Assembly (NCBI GenBank): GCA_047495785.1
Contig: JBLDXI010000007.1
Location: forward strand, 2,480,001-2,544,000
DNA from: Lepidodermella squamata
Taxonomy: Eukaryota; Animalia; Gastrotricha
Direction: 5' to 3'
DNA: 64,000 nt
Part shown: positions 25,701-36,655 of the stretch, piece by piece
Layout: each line of letters begins with the position of its first letter
Position numbering within the stretch: position 1 is the first letter of the stretch
The notes under the pieces: model-generated
Told to the model about the DNA's origin: nothing
The model's database searches: none
The model's input: the letters and a program-made list of their open reading frames with translations, nothing else
Program-made: the position numbers and the translations under genes

Positions 25701-26881
25701 ATGTTTCAGGAGATATTTGTCGTATTGCTCGCAGCAATGACTTGCTCAGTAGTTGCAGATGTTTCGAATGGAACTGGTACGCTGAGTCAACCTGAAATGG
25801 CATCACTGATCATCTCAACGTGCAACTTATGGCCTTACGCCAACTTGCCTAGCGAAAAGCGGGTGACAGCGAGGCTCAGTTTGCAAGTTGATCGCTTTTT
25901 ATCGATCAACGATGTAGAGGAGACATTCACCATTAACGGAATTGTTCTTTCTCACTGGGTTGTAGATTGCCTAGGTACGGTCAAAGATAAGCTGAGGTTG
26001 CCGCAAGGTACGACAGTTCTCTGGAATGAAGATCCTCGAGCGTATTGGCGGCCGAAAATCGTAAGAATTAGTCTTATCCATATTATTGAAACTTTGAACA
26101 TTATCAACAGTTGCATCGAAATAGCCCGACTAAAACATCTATCAGCGGGGATGGGTTTACGGAGATTCTATATATCGGCCTTTTAAGTTATACATTTTTC
26201 TTGGCGACTTACGGAACGTACACTTCGACCTGCGATCTCGATTTTTTCAAATTTCCCTTCGACACGCAACACTGTTCCATGAACTTGATGTACATGCAAC
26301 CGGTTGAATCTATTAATTTTGAAAAGATGGACGTGAACATGTCAGTATCCGTGGATTCAATGCCGGACAACTCGAATTGGCTTTTAGTTGGCAACTATTC
26401 CGAGAAGCTTCGTGAAAACTACATGGAAAGAAATTTGCCTTATGCTGGGTTTCACTTCGCCTTTTCACGTCTGCCTGACTACTACCTGCTCAACTTGTTT
26501 GGGCCAAGCCTGATTCTCTGTCTGTTGCAACTTGTTGGCTTTCTAGTCCCTGCTGAAGCCCCCGATCGACCAGCTTTTGGGGTCACAGTCATGCTGGCTA
26601 TGTTCGTACTCCACGATCAAATCGTATCGAACCTCCCAAAATCTCCGAAGCGAATGGTTGCGTCAATGTACGCCTTTTCTCAAGTCGTTTTCGGTATGTT
26701 TGTGACAATCCACTCGGCAGCGATATGCTTCTGGCTGGATTACTCGCCTGATACGGCGCGTCGTCAGATGTTTAACAGGAAATTGAAGTTGTTTCGCATA
26801 GTTGACGGTATTGGCTTTGCGATGGCGGCTCTCGGGCTGTTTCTAATACATCTTGTCGCAGTTGCATACATCTCGGCATGA
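25701..26881 (+). CDS. Cys-loop LGIC-2 (exons 25701-26060, 26111-26881; ~376 aa)
   Basis: Signal peptide; 50-nt intron at the conserved WRPKI|LHRNS site; CDLDFFKFPFDTQHC; M1-M4. Confidence 0.9.
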
Positions 26882-27064
26882 TATAGCCAGATTTCAAGAA
26901 GAATTCAGCTGAGAAATCGTAACAAAAGTATTCTGGAATAACAATTTTAAATTCATGTCTAATGCATGGTTTTTTATTCGTTTAATGAAATAAAGTAATG
27001 ACGCCATCAACCTCGATACTTCCGTGCCCATTATTTATGCCACAGGCTTGCTTCATCCATTAAC

Positions 27065-29386
27065 TTAGCCGTAGAAATGCTTGAAAAATTGAAGGATAAA
27101 GGTTGAATTTGAGTAAAAGAATATGCCGAAAGCCAAAATTGCTACACGAATAACTACTCGATCTGCCGGGAGAAGGACCATCAAACATAGGACAACAGCT
27201 ATGATTGTTACCGCATTGACAGCAGCTACTCGAATGATTGCATGCTCTCGTCCGATTGATCTATACTGGACTGCTACAATAGATCCCAATGCTAGCAGTG
27301 CAACATGGACCACGACTAACAGTGGGGCCCAAAGAGCAAGAAAATTGGAGCTGCATACCATTCTGAGGTTTGAAGTGTAAGCATCCATGCTGAAGTCAAA
27401 CTGAACAGGACTGCTTTGTTCTACCAGGTTTACCGGATCGGCTGCTAGAAATGCGACCATTACGATCAAATTAATCGCGAAGAGCCATAGTGCATCAATT
27501 ATCGATAAAGACTTGATTTTCCACTCCTGAGGATCTAAAGGAGGTGATGCAACGGGTGACCTTGTCGAAGCCAAGTTCGGCGACTTTGGTACGACATCAC
27601 AGTTTCTAAACATGCTTTTCTTACGTGGCTTGGTCTTTTTAGTAGGGTTTTTAGCTATTGAATTCGCATGGGACCATCGAAGGAATGAAGCGAGGCGAGC
27701 TAGGAATGCCGAGTTTACAGAGGCTACACCGATAACCGATAAAACAACTTGCAAACGGCACAGCTCTTCAGAATAGTCATCAGCGAAAGTCGCAAGTAGA
27801 GCCAATGCCGCTGAGTTAGAAACCAGACAACCAAGCATTGACATTGCAGCCAGAAAACGGTCCGGCGATCCCATGAATCTCTTCGAATTTTTTCTGAATC
27901 GACAGCAGATGAAAATATTGACGGCAAGGGCTGCGACAACCAGTATGACCATGACGTGGAAAACAGAATCCGGTATCGAGTCAAAAGTATCTACAATCTG
28001 CGATAAATCCTTCGGTGTTGATTTATCCTCTGTCAACCAGACTGGATCGTTCACTCTCTCAACAAGGTAGTTGCGCACGTCAAATAGAGAACTAGTGGCG
28101 TTTCCGCCAAATGTAAGGCGAAGTATTATCCGCATACCATCTTCTGGGGTCCATTGCGTTAGATACAATGGTTCGTAATCAAGCTCTAGCCTTTGAGTAT
28201 ACTTGATTCTTCCTATTCTTAATCCAACAAAATCGGACGCAGCTGCACTCTCGTTTACAGCCTGCCAAATTAATTCGGGCTCAATAGCGAAATCCTTCAA
28301 AGTTTTGTTCTGAGCTTTCAAAATCTTCTCTCCTCCATCCAAAGACAGAACTGTTTGCATCATTGAGTCGAAACACCTGTGACGGCGAACGTAATCAGCT
28401 GATCTGGACTTGTTCGTCAAATTGTCCAGAAGTAGGTCAAAACCGCGCGCGTCGTAGCCGAAAGTCGTATTGCCGTGATCCTCAACCGCGAAATCGAAAG
28501 GTCCACTCCAAAACGTGTGTTGAACCTGTTGCGTAATGATTTCACGAGTGCAGTTGCCTGGAAGTTTAAGATCGCTCGCTGACGGATCGACGAAACTCGC
28601 GGATGTGATGAAAAATACAAATAACGGAGGTCTCACCCCGGCATGCCACGCAAGGCATAAAAATTGGGTGCTCTGCGCCACCGAACCAGTATTCACAGTG
28701 ATCACTCTGGCGTCACTTCTTCGAATCTGCCACATCATTCCGTCATTCACAGCGTCAGAGCTTATACGGATTATTTGACGCTTCCCGTACAGCTTCAAAT
28801 TATCACCGAGATAGTCGTTGGCGAAGCTGTCAGAGGATGAGGAAAACCCAGCGGCTCCATACTGTTGCCATCGACTCGTCATCGCTATGAAAGCAGTCTG
28901 AGGCATATTTTGAACGTCCGATGGGATGCGATTTCGGTACAAATGTGGGTAAACCGTTCGAAGTGCAGTGAATTGAGGACCGCTGCAGCCCGGTGTGAAC
29001 TGAATCTGCTTCATGAATCGAGAAATTCCAGTGACCGTGTTGCAGGTCAGGGCTGTAGCAACGATGGCAGGGGCGAGGAAGGTTCGTTGCTTAGGGTCTC
29101 TTGCAATTGTCACTTCCGCATCCCGTAAGAAATTTACATACGACCTCGGAGCCAGTGAAGCCTGACTTCCTTCGTCTCGAAAGTCAGTTACCAGTTCGTA
29201 GTCGGGTAGCAGGTCTTTCCTTGAGTTTGCAGTGTTCACAGCTACTTGCATCGCAGCTTGGCAAACCCGGCCATCTCTAGGCTCAGAACCAGTGTAAGTC
29301 GCCGAGGCGTAGACAAGAAGCTTGTAAGGCTTCTGTGCAGAAGTTTTCTCTGCCAGAAACATTAAGACTAGGAAAAATATGATCAT
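27065..29386 (-). CDS. Class C GPCR, GABA-B-like (Venus flytrap + 7TM), GPCR-1, intronless 773 aa
   Basis: Signal peptide; AMQVAVNTANSRKDLLPDYEL VFT start; no cysteine-rich domain; seven hydrophobic segments; TM3 Cys and ECL2 VCSS. Confidence 0.9.
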   Translation of the reverse strand: MIIFFLVLMFLAEKTSAQKPYKLLVYASATYTGSEPRDGRVCQAAMQVAVNTANSRKDLLPDYELVTDFRDEGSQASLAPRSYVNFLRDAEVTIARDPKQRTFLAPAIVATALTCNTVTGISRFMKQIQFTPGCSGPQFTALRTVYPHLYRNRIPSDVQNMPQTAFIAMTSRWQQYGAAGFSSSSDSFANDYLGDNLKLYGKRQIIRISSDAVNDGMMWQIRRSDARVITVNTGSVAQSTQFLCLAWHAGVRPPLFVFFITSASFVDPSASDLKLPGNCTREIITQQVQHTFWSGPFDFAVEDHGNTTFGYDARGFDLLLDNLTNKSRSADYVRRHRCFDSMMQTVLSLDGGEKILKAQNKTLKDFAIEPELIWQAVNESAAASDFVGLRIGRIKYTQRLELDYEPLYLTQWTPEDGMRIILRLTFGGNATSSLFDVRNYLVERVNDPVWLTEDKSTPKDLSQIVDTFDSIPDSVFHVMVILVVAALAVNIFICCRFRKNSKRFMGSPDRFLAAMSMLGCLVSNSAALALLATFADDYSEELCRLQVVLSVIGVASVNSAFLARLASFLRWSHANSIAKNPTKKTKPRKKSMFRNCDVVPKSPNLASTRSPVASPPLDPQEWKIKSLSIIDALWLFAINLIVMVAFLAADPVNLVEQSSPVQFDFSMDAYTSNLRMVCSSNFLALWAPLLVVVHVALLALGSIVAVQYRSIGREHAIIRVAAVNAVTIIAVVLCLMVLLPADRVVIRVAILAFGIFFYSNSTFILQFFKHFYG

Positions 29387-30634
29387 CTTTTTGCAGAATT
29401 ATCATGCAAAATATTCAGTTCTAGGAGTTTTAAACCTCAAGTGGAAAATTTCTGGCCTAATTTGGGCTAATTTAACACGTAAGGTAATTAGACGATAAGG
29501 CGAAATCAGCAGTATCACACGAAGCGTCATAGATCAGCTGACAAATAACGATGTAAACTGAGAACCAGACATATGCATCGCTGCGACATAATCATTATTC
29601 TCAACACCAGCCAAATAGTTCAAGACAGCATGTTTTGTAGCTTGAAGTTAATAGCTCGTTGAACGGACTGCCACGTGATTTTGTTTCCACGCAATTGACG
29701 TGTGACGTAAGCAGTCATCTCTTCGTTTCGGCGAGAAAGCGTAATATATAATGAAGGTATTTTGTCCGCCAAACGCTAATAACGTACATAGAAGTGAAAT
29801 AATCAGTTCATGGACAACTTTTAACCCTGTTACCTATTACCTAACATACTGACGAAGAATTGGGAAATACCTCCAAATAAGAGCAGAACTGCGGTTGAGC
29901 TAATAATTTCTTTTCCAAGCCCCTCCTCGTGGAGCGATGACTATGTGAATAACCACGATGATTCAAGGTCAGAACTAAAAAAGTTAGGTTCAAGTAAACG
30001 GAGCGGACACTTGAGGATTCACGCTTGCTATACCAAAGTTATTTCTACGCGTCAATTGAAGGTTCTTCCTACAATTATAGACTTCAGGCTTAAGGCTTAG
30101 TAGAAAATTGGGATTGTGCACACTTGACATGAGGCGCGATCAGAAATGATCTTTCTCTGTTACCAGAATTCAAATGTTTCGGATTACCTCGTGATTTCGA
30201 ATAACGTTTAACTACCATACTCTATCATGCCGTTGTTAATGGAAGGTTTAGATCACGGCTTAGTACTTTGAATATCAATAGGAAATGTTTACTACGTACG
30301 AGCCGCCATGACACCATGCTAAATTACTAAATTCTGTAAATTCTGTAATCTGTAAATTCTGCTAAATTACCGCAATTGTGAAATGTTGAAAAATGAAATG
30401 CAATAACATTTCGAGTATTTCGAGAAGGATGGAAGACTGTTTCATTGGAATAAAGAATAAACTACTTGATTAGCTTTAGCGTTGAAGCTATAGCCTCTGA
30501 TATATCCAATTTTTTTCGACCAGTGGTACTTTGCAAAGCAGTTACAGCCTATCCAAGAGAGTTGTGCACTGACAGCTGCTGGGAAATTTGTCTAAACGTT
30601 TTTAAAGTAAATTTTTAAATTTTAATACAGATTA

Positions 30635-30782
30635 CAGTTCCCCCTCGATAACTTCACAGCGTCGGGGTCAATTCGTTGACGAGGAATTGCTACTTTAATG
30701 GTGTCACGCTCTGAGTCCAAACTATATCGTTAACTTGAAGAGGTGAGTTGATTACGGGGGTGCAGTTATCGAGGCAGCACTG
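30635..30782. mobile_element. Small Tc1/Tigger-type MITE
   Basis: TA-CAGTTCCCCCTCGATAACT ... AGTTATCGAGGCAGCACTG-TA. Confidence 0.7.
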
Positions 30783-31789
30783 TATCGTGTATCGTGTTAC
30801 TCCCGTGCAAATCTCACGCACTTTCAGTTTATTGATTAACCACCTTCATGTTTCGCCAGTTTATTCCTCAACACCTCATGTTACCTCATGTGCTCGGAGT
30901 AACAAAAGAACTTCAATTTGAAATTAATTTCAATGGTTATATATTCTATTCTTTCCCACAATATTGTGATAACTGACAGCGAACTAAAAGGCTGTGCAAG
31001 GCAACACAGAGGGTTCAGCTATCTGCTCATTTATTGATTGGCTACTTACACCTTCTAAGTCTATCAAATTGTGATCGATAGTTCTCTACCCTACTTATTT
31101 TGATGGTGCGCCTTCTGCGAGGTGAGCAAATAATCGCAGGCGACCTATGTACGTTTATAAATTCGATTGGGTTTTATGTGGAAATCTTCCATATACTGTA
31201 AAATGGGGTGATTACTCCGGGTATTTACCTAAGCTCAATTTTTTCGAGGGGTAAATACTCTCGCCTCTTTTGGTGGTAATTCGCTCCAAGGTAAAACCGT
31301 GTATCCTGATATTAAATATTTGAAAATTCAGTAATTTAATCTTTCGGATAATTGATTAATTGATTTTACTTAATTCTTTAGCATTTAGCGCAATTTTTCG
31401 TTGAGGTTTTCAGTTTTATCGTTTTTCTCGCTGTCTTCCTCGATCACCGAAAACACGGAAGCGTTGATAACCGCTTTTTGAGCTATAGCAATTCCCGGCC
31501 AGCCTCGCAAGGCTTTTCAAAATTAGGGGTGCTTTATAGTCGATCACCTTTCTGCAGTTACGCAGCGTTATTTTTAAATTTTCAATCACGAACTTGGGAC
31601 TCAATAAAAAATTATTTGTCATTTGGGACAAGCTGAAGTTTTATTTGCACCCCGCGGTACTAAAATAGGCCTGGGAACTTATTCGCTCAATCATTGTGAA
31701 GACTGATAGCTTAAAGCTGACGAGGTTTTGTTATAGACCTGTGACCTTATTTCGGTTTTTTCAGTAGGCTATCAGGCGAAAATACTATT

Positions 31790-33024
31790 ATGCTGCGAGA
31801 GATATTTATCGCCTGGCTGGCAGCGATAGCTCCTCTATGTGCCGATATTTCGAATGAAACCGGTACGCCGACTCAGCCTGAGTTGGCATCGCTGATACTC
31901 TCTAGGTGCAACTTGTACCCCTACGTCAACTCGCCAACTGACGAGCCCGTAACGGCGAGGCTGACTTTGCAAGTTGATCGCTTTTTATCTATCAGCGACG
32001 TTGAAGAAACATTCACTTTCAACGGAGCTCTCATTTCTTACTGGGGAATTGATTGCCTCAATACGGTTAAAGATGAGCTCACATGGCTGCAAGGTAAGGA
32101 TGCTCTCTGGAACGAAGACCCTCGAACGTATTGGCGGCCGAAAATTGTAAGACTTGAACTCGAGGTTTAATTAGCACACATTTAATTCATCAACAGCTGC
32201 ATCGAAATAGCCCATCAAGGACGTCAATTAGTGGCGATGATTTCGCGGAAATTCTCTACATCGGCCTTTTTACCAATACATTTTACCTGGCGACTTACGG
32301 AACGTTCACCTCATTCTGCGATCTTGATTTTTTCTCATTTCCCTTCGACAAGCAAGACTGTTCCATGAACTTGATGTACATGCAACCGGTTGAATCGATT
32401 AACATGGCGAAGATGAGAGTAGCCACGAAGATTTCCGAAGGCTCAATGCCAGGTAATTCAAATTGGATATTGCTGGGGAACTATTCCGAGAAGCTTACTT
32501 TGGACTACATGGGAAGAAATTTGCCATACGTAAGGTTTCACTTCGCTTTTTCACGTCAGCCTGACTATTACCTACTCAACTTATTTGGGCCGAGCCTGAT
32601 TCTCTGTCTGTTGCAACTTGTTGGCTTTCTAATCCCCGCTGAAGCCCCAGATCGACCAGCTTTCGGGGTCACTGTTATGCTGGCAATGTTTGTCCTTCAC
32701 GATCAAATAATTTCTAACCTTCCGCAATCTCCGCGGCTAATTGTGGCGTCAATGTACGCCTTCTCTCAGGTCGTTTTCGGAATGCTGGTTACAATCCACT
32801 CGGCTGCAATTTGTTTCTGGTTGAGTTTCTCGCCCCACGCATCGCGCCGGCCGATTTCGAGCAGAAAGATTCAATTTTTCCGAATAGTAGACAGCATCGG
32901 AATTTTACTGGCAGTGCTTGTTTTGGTCATCATCAATGTAGGCGCAGTAATGTACATATCACTTGGCCATCAGTTCAAGCTTCAAAATGACAAGAAACAG
33001 TTATTAATAAGCAATGAAAAATGA
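31790..33024 (+). CDS. Cys-loop LGIC-3 (exons 31790-32146, 32197-33024; ~394 aa)
   Basis: 50-nt intron at the conserved site; CDLDFFSFPFDKQDC encoded just upstream of the listed ORF; M1-M4. Confidence 0.9.
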
Positions 33025-33587
33025 TTATTCGCGAATTTCAGGAATATAAAAGGTCTTTTTGACCCGGATCTTGGGCAGCTTTAAATATGCTTTGAGATTT
33101 CAAAATAGTAACACCTAATTGACAGTGGGCGAATCGGAGCTTTTTGAACCCAATTATCACATTACAAAGGTACTTGGGGCTTCGCCAGCCCTGACAATAA
33201 TTTCGATTCGAAGTTGTTTTGCCCGCATGCAGTCGATCAGTTTGTAATGGTATGGAATATCAATATCGTCTGGTACACTCTAAGCTCATGTTTCATTTTC
33301 TGTCGAGCTAATTTATATCGAGAAATCAATTATGGCTACTTTGGCTTTGCTGTCTAGTCCCCGTGAGGTTTAGTTGCGCAAACAACAATTGCTGAAATCA
33401 CGGAGGAATCTTTGAGCTAGCTCATAAGGACAAGTTTATAAGTGTCATAAGTCCGATTTGACGCAAAAAATGAGGTTAAAGATGTGGATGTGGTACAACC
33501 AAACAATTTCAGCAAGTTTTAAGTTCAACAACAGGTTTACTATAAACTAACTTGGAAACTTGGTGTTGGTAATAGGGCGGCTTGGCT

Positions 33588-35921
33588 TTACCCAAAAATT
33601 TGATTGAAAAACTGAAGTATCAATGTTGAATTCGAGTGAAAGAATATACCGAAAGCTAATATTGACACACGAATGACTACCCGATCTGCCGGGAGAAGGA
33701 TCATCAAGCATAATACAACGGCCATGATTGTTAGTGCATTCACAGCAGCGACTCGCATCATTGCATGTTTCCGCCCAATTGATCTGTACTCGATAGCTAT
33801 CACAGATCCCAAGGCTAGCAGTATGACGTGGACAACTGCTAACAAGGGGGCCCAATAAGCAAGAAAACTGGAGCTGCATACCATTCTGAGATTCGAAGTG
33901 TAAGCATCATTGTTCAAGTCATATTGAACAGGGCTGCTTTCTGCAACCAGATTCACTGGATCGGCTGCTAGAAATGTAACTATTACGATCAAATTAATTG
34001 CGAAGAGCCCCAGTGCCTGGATAGCCGATTTGGGCTTCACTTTCCATTTAGGAGGAGCCAAAGGAGGATTTGCATTGCTGGAACTTGTTGAAACCAAATT
34101 CATAGAATGAGATGAACCAACAATTTTTGATTTGAAATGATTTCTCGAAGATCGCCCGTTTCCCATAGCAGCTTTCTTTGCTAATGAATTCATGCGAGAC
34201 CATCGGAGTAATGAAGCGAGTCGAGCTAAGAAGGCCGAGTTAACAGCAGATATACCGATCACGGAGAAAACAACTTGTATTCGGCACAGTTCATCTGAAT
34301 ATCCATCAGCAAAAGTCGAAAGTAACGACAATGCAGCTACGTTTGAGATTAAGCAGCCGAATAGCGACGTGGCAGCCAGAATACGGTCGGGCGATCCAAG
34401 AAATCTGTTTGGATTTTTTCTGAACCTATTGCACATGAAAGCTTGCATTGAAATGGCTATGGCAACAAATACGACCATGATGCTGAAAACATAGTCGGGG
34501 ATCGAATCATACGTATGGACGACCTGCGATAGATCCTTTGGGGTCGATTTATCCGCTGTCAGCCAAATAGGCTCATTCAGCTTCTCGACCAAGTAATTAC
34601 GCAGGTCGAAAATTGAACTAGTGGCGTTTCCGCGATAAGTCAGTCGTAAAATTATTCTCATACCCTCCTTTGGAGTCCATTGAGTAAGATACTGGGGCTC
34701 GTAATCAAGTTCTAGCCTTGGAGTATACTTGATCCGTCCTATTCTCAATCCGACAAAATCTGAAGCAGCCGCACTTTCATTTACTGCCTTCCAAACCAAA
34801 TCGGGCTCATTTGCGAAATCCTTCAGCGTTTTGTTCTTAGCTCTCAAAGTCTTCTCTCCTCCATCCAATGACAGAATCGTTTGCATCATTGAGTCGAAAC
34901 AGCGGTGACGGCGCACGTAATCTGGTGACCTTGAGTTGTTCGTCAAATTGTCCAAAAGTAGGTCGAATCCTCGCTGGTCGTAGCCGAAACTTGTATTACC
35001 GTGATCTTCGATGGCAAAGTCAAACGGGCCGCTCCAAAATGTGTGTTGGACCTGTTCGTTTAAGATTTGCCTCGTGCAGTTGCCAGGGAGCCTCAGATCT
35101 CCAGCTGTTGGATCGACGAAGCTCGCAGATGTTACTAAGAAAACGAATAGGGGCGGTTTTACGCCAGCATGCCAGGCAACGCAAAAGAATTGAGTGCTCT
35201 GAGCCACCGAACCAGTTCCAATCAGTATAATCCTAGCGTCACTTCTTCGAATATCCCACATCAAGCCGTCATTGACTGCGTCTGTGTTGAGGCGAAATAC
35301 AAGACTCTTCCCAAATGACATGACATTCCGGGCTGTGTAATCGTTAGCAAAGCTGTCAGATGTTGTTGCAAATCCTACATTCCCGTATTGCTGCCATCTG
35401 GCTGTAGAAACGATGAAAGCCGCTATAGGCATATTCTGAGTGTCCGATGGTATTCGATTTCGATACAAGTGAGGGTAAACCGTTCGAAGTGCCGTAAATT
35501 GAGGGCCACTGCAACCTGGCGTGAATTGTATTTGCCTCATGAATTGAGAAATTCGAGTGATCGTATTGCATGTCTGAAGAGTTCCTAACATTGCAGGAGC
35601 TAGAAAGGTTCGATTCGCCCGATCTGCCTTGATTTTCTCTTCTGCTGCTCTGATGAAGGCGACATAGCTTCTCGGGGCAAATTGAGCCTGAAATCCTTCG
35701 TCTCGAAATTCTGTTTCGATTTCATAGTCTGGTAGCAAGTCTTTCCGCGAATTAGCAGTATTCACGGCAACCTGCATCGCTGCCTGACAAATTCTTCCAT
35801 CCCTCGGCTCGGAGCCTGTGTAAGTGGCGGTCGAAAATAGCAATAGTTTAAAAGGTTTTTGGGCCTTTACTTGCCATGTGATTAATTCAAATAATATGAG
35901 AAAGTATACAGACATCTTCAT
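33588..35921 (-). CDS. GABA-B-like class C GPCR-2, intronless (~777 aa from first ATG)
   Basis: Paralog of GPCR-1; the listed ORF starts at a GTG, first ATG is at 35921. Confidence 0.9.
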   Translation of the reverse strand: MKMSVYFLILFELITWQVKAQKPFKLLLFSTATYTGSEPRDGRICQAAMQVAVNTANSRKDLLPDYEIETEFRDEGFQAQFAPRSYVAFIRAAEEKIKADRANRTFLAPAMLGTLQTCNTITRISQFMRQIQFTPGCSGPQFTALRTVYPHLYRNRIPSDTQNMPIAAFIVSTARWQQYGNVGFATTSDSFANDYTARNVMSFGKSLVFRLNTDAVNDGLMWDIRRSDARIILIGTGSVAQSTQFFCVAWHAGVKPPLFVFLVTSASFVDPTAGDLRLPGNCTRQILNEQVQHTFWSGPFDFAIEDHGNTSFGYDQRGFDLLLDNLTNNSRSPDYVRRHRCFDSMMQTILSLDGGEKTLRAKNKTLKDFANEPDLVWKAVNESAAASDFVGLRIGRIKYTPRLELDYEPQYLTQWTPKEGMRIILRLTYRGNATSSIFDLRNYLVEKLNEPIWLTADKSTPKDLSQVVHTYDSIPDYVFSIMVVFVAIAISMQAFMCNRFRKNPNRFLGSPDRILAATSLFGCLISNVAALSLLSTFADGYSDELCRIQVVFSVIGISAVNSAFLARLASLLRWSRMNSLAKKAAMGNGRSSRNHFKSKIVGSSHSMNLVSTSSSNANPPLAPPKWKVKPKSAIQALGLFAINLIVIVTFLAADPVNLVAESSPVQYDLNNDAYTSNLRMVCSSSFLAYWAPLLAVVHVILLALGSVIAIEYRSIGRKHAMMRVAAVNALTIMAVVLCLMILLPADRVVIRVSILAFGIFFHSNSTLILQFFNQIFG

Positions 35922-36655
35922 GTTCCTATACACTGAAAAACTTGAGCATCATATTTGTTGTTTCAGCAATCAGCTGCGATTGGAGGATATGATTGCTGCG
36001 GGCGTTTCGGGTCTAATAGGGCTAATAACCTCCACAGCTTCTGTTCCGAACGTGACGTTTGACGGAATCAAATTAGGGCTCCGTGACATCTTGCTCATCT
36101 TAACTTGAAATGAAGAAATTCGTCATGTCTGAGGCGAGGAGTGTCCTAAGATGATTAGCACTGAAAATTCGGCATCCACCGAAAATAAATTTAACATCGG
36201 TCTGTTCAATGATTAAGGATCACATATATCAGGAGATCTGGAGCTCTCGGTGATGCTTGACAGAAGTGTTGACGGAGGAGAGGCATCCGCTTCAAAAATA
36301 ATGGTTCAGCATATTTCATTTTTTAGACTTCGGACCACTTCCCGGAATTCAATGTCGGAAACAAATGATGATAAAAGCATCCCATATTGGCATTGCCATG
36401 TTTGCGCTGGAGTGAATTCTCGGGAGAGACACTTAGCGCCGAACATTCTAGATTGACTAATTAATCAATATAACGAGTACTCTCATTGGTAATATTCACG
36501 CCTGCGCCATGTGGATCAATTGATTGCTAACAGCTGGGCGTATTATATTTCGTTCTGATTTTACCATATTTGTTGTTACTTTTCAGTCCCAGTAGAAATC
36601 CCAGTGCCAACAGGTAATTTTTGATAACTTTTATGAGAGACTACCGAATAGAAGC
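35922..36655. promoter_or_regulatory. Candidate bidirectional promoter region between divergent GPCR-2 and LGIC-4
   Basis: 734 bp between head-to-head ATGs; a well-conserved second copy lies at 53250-54005. Confidence 0.45.

Noticed and set aside
27065-29386. Assigning gene symbols GABBR1/GABBR2 (or CHRNA for the channels)
   Set aside because: Only family-level similarity; ligand residues, coiled coil and intron structure are not conserved, so orthology is unsupported
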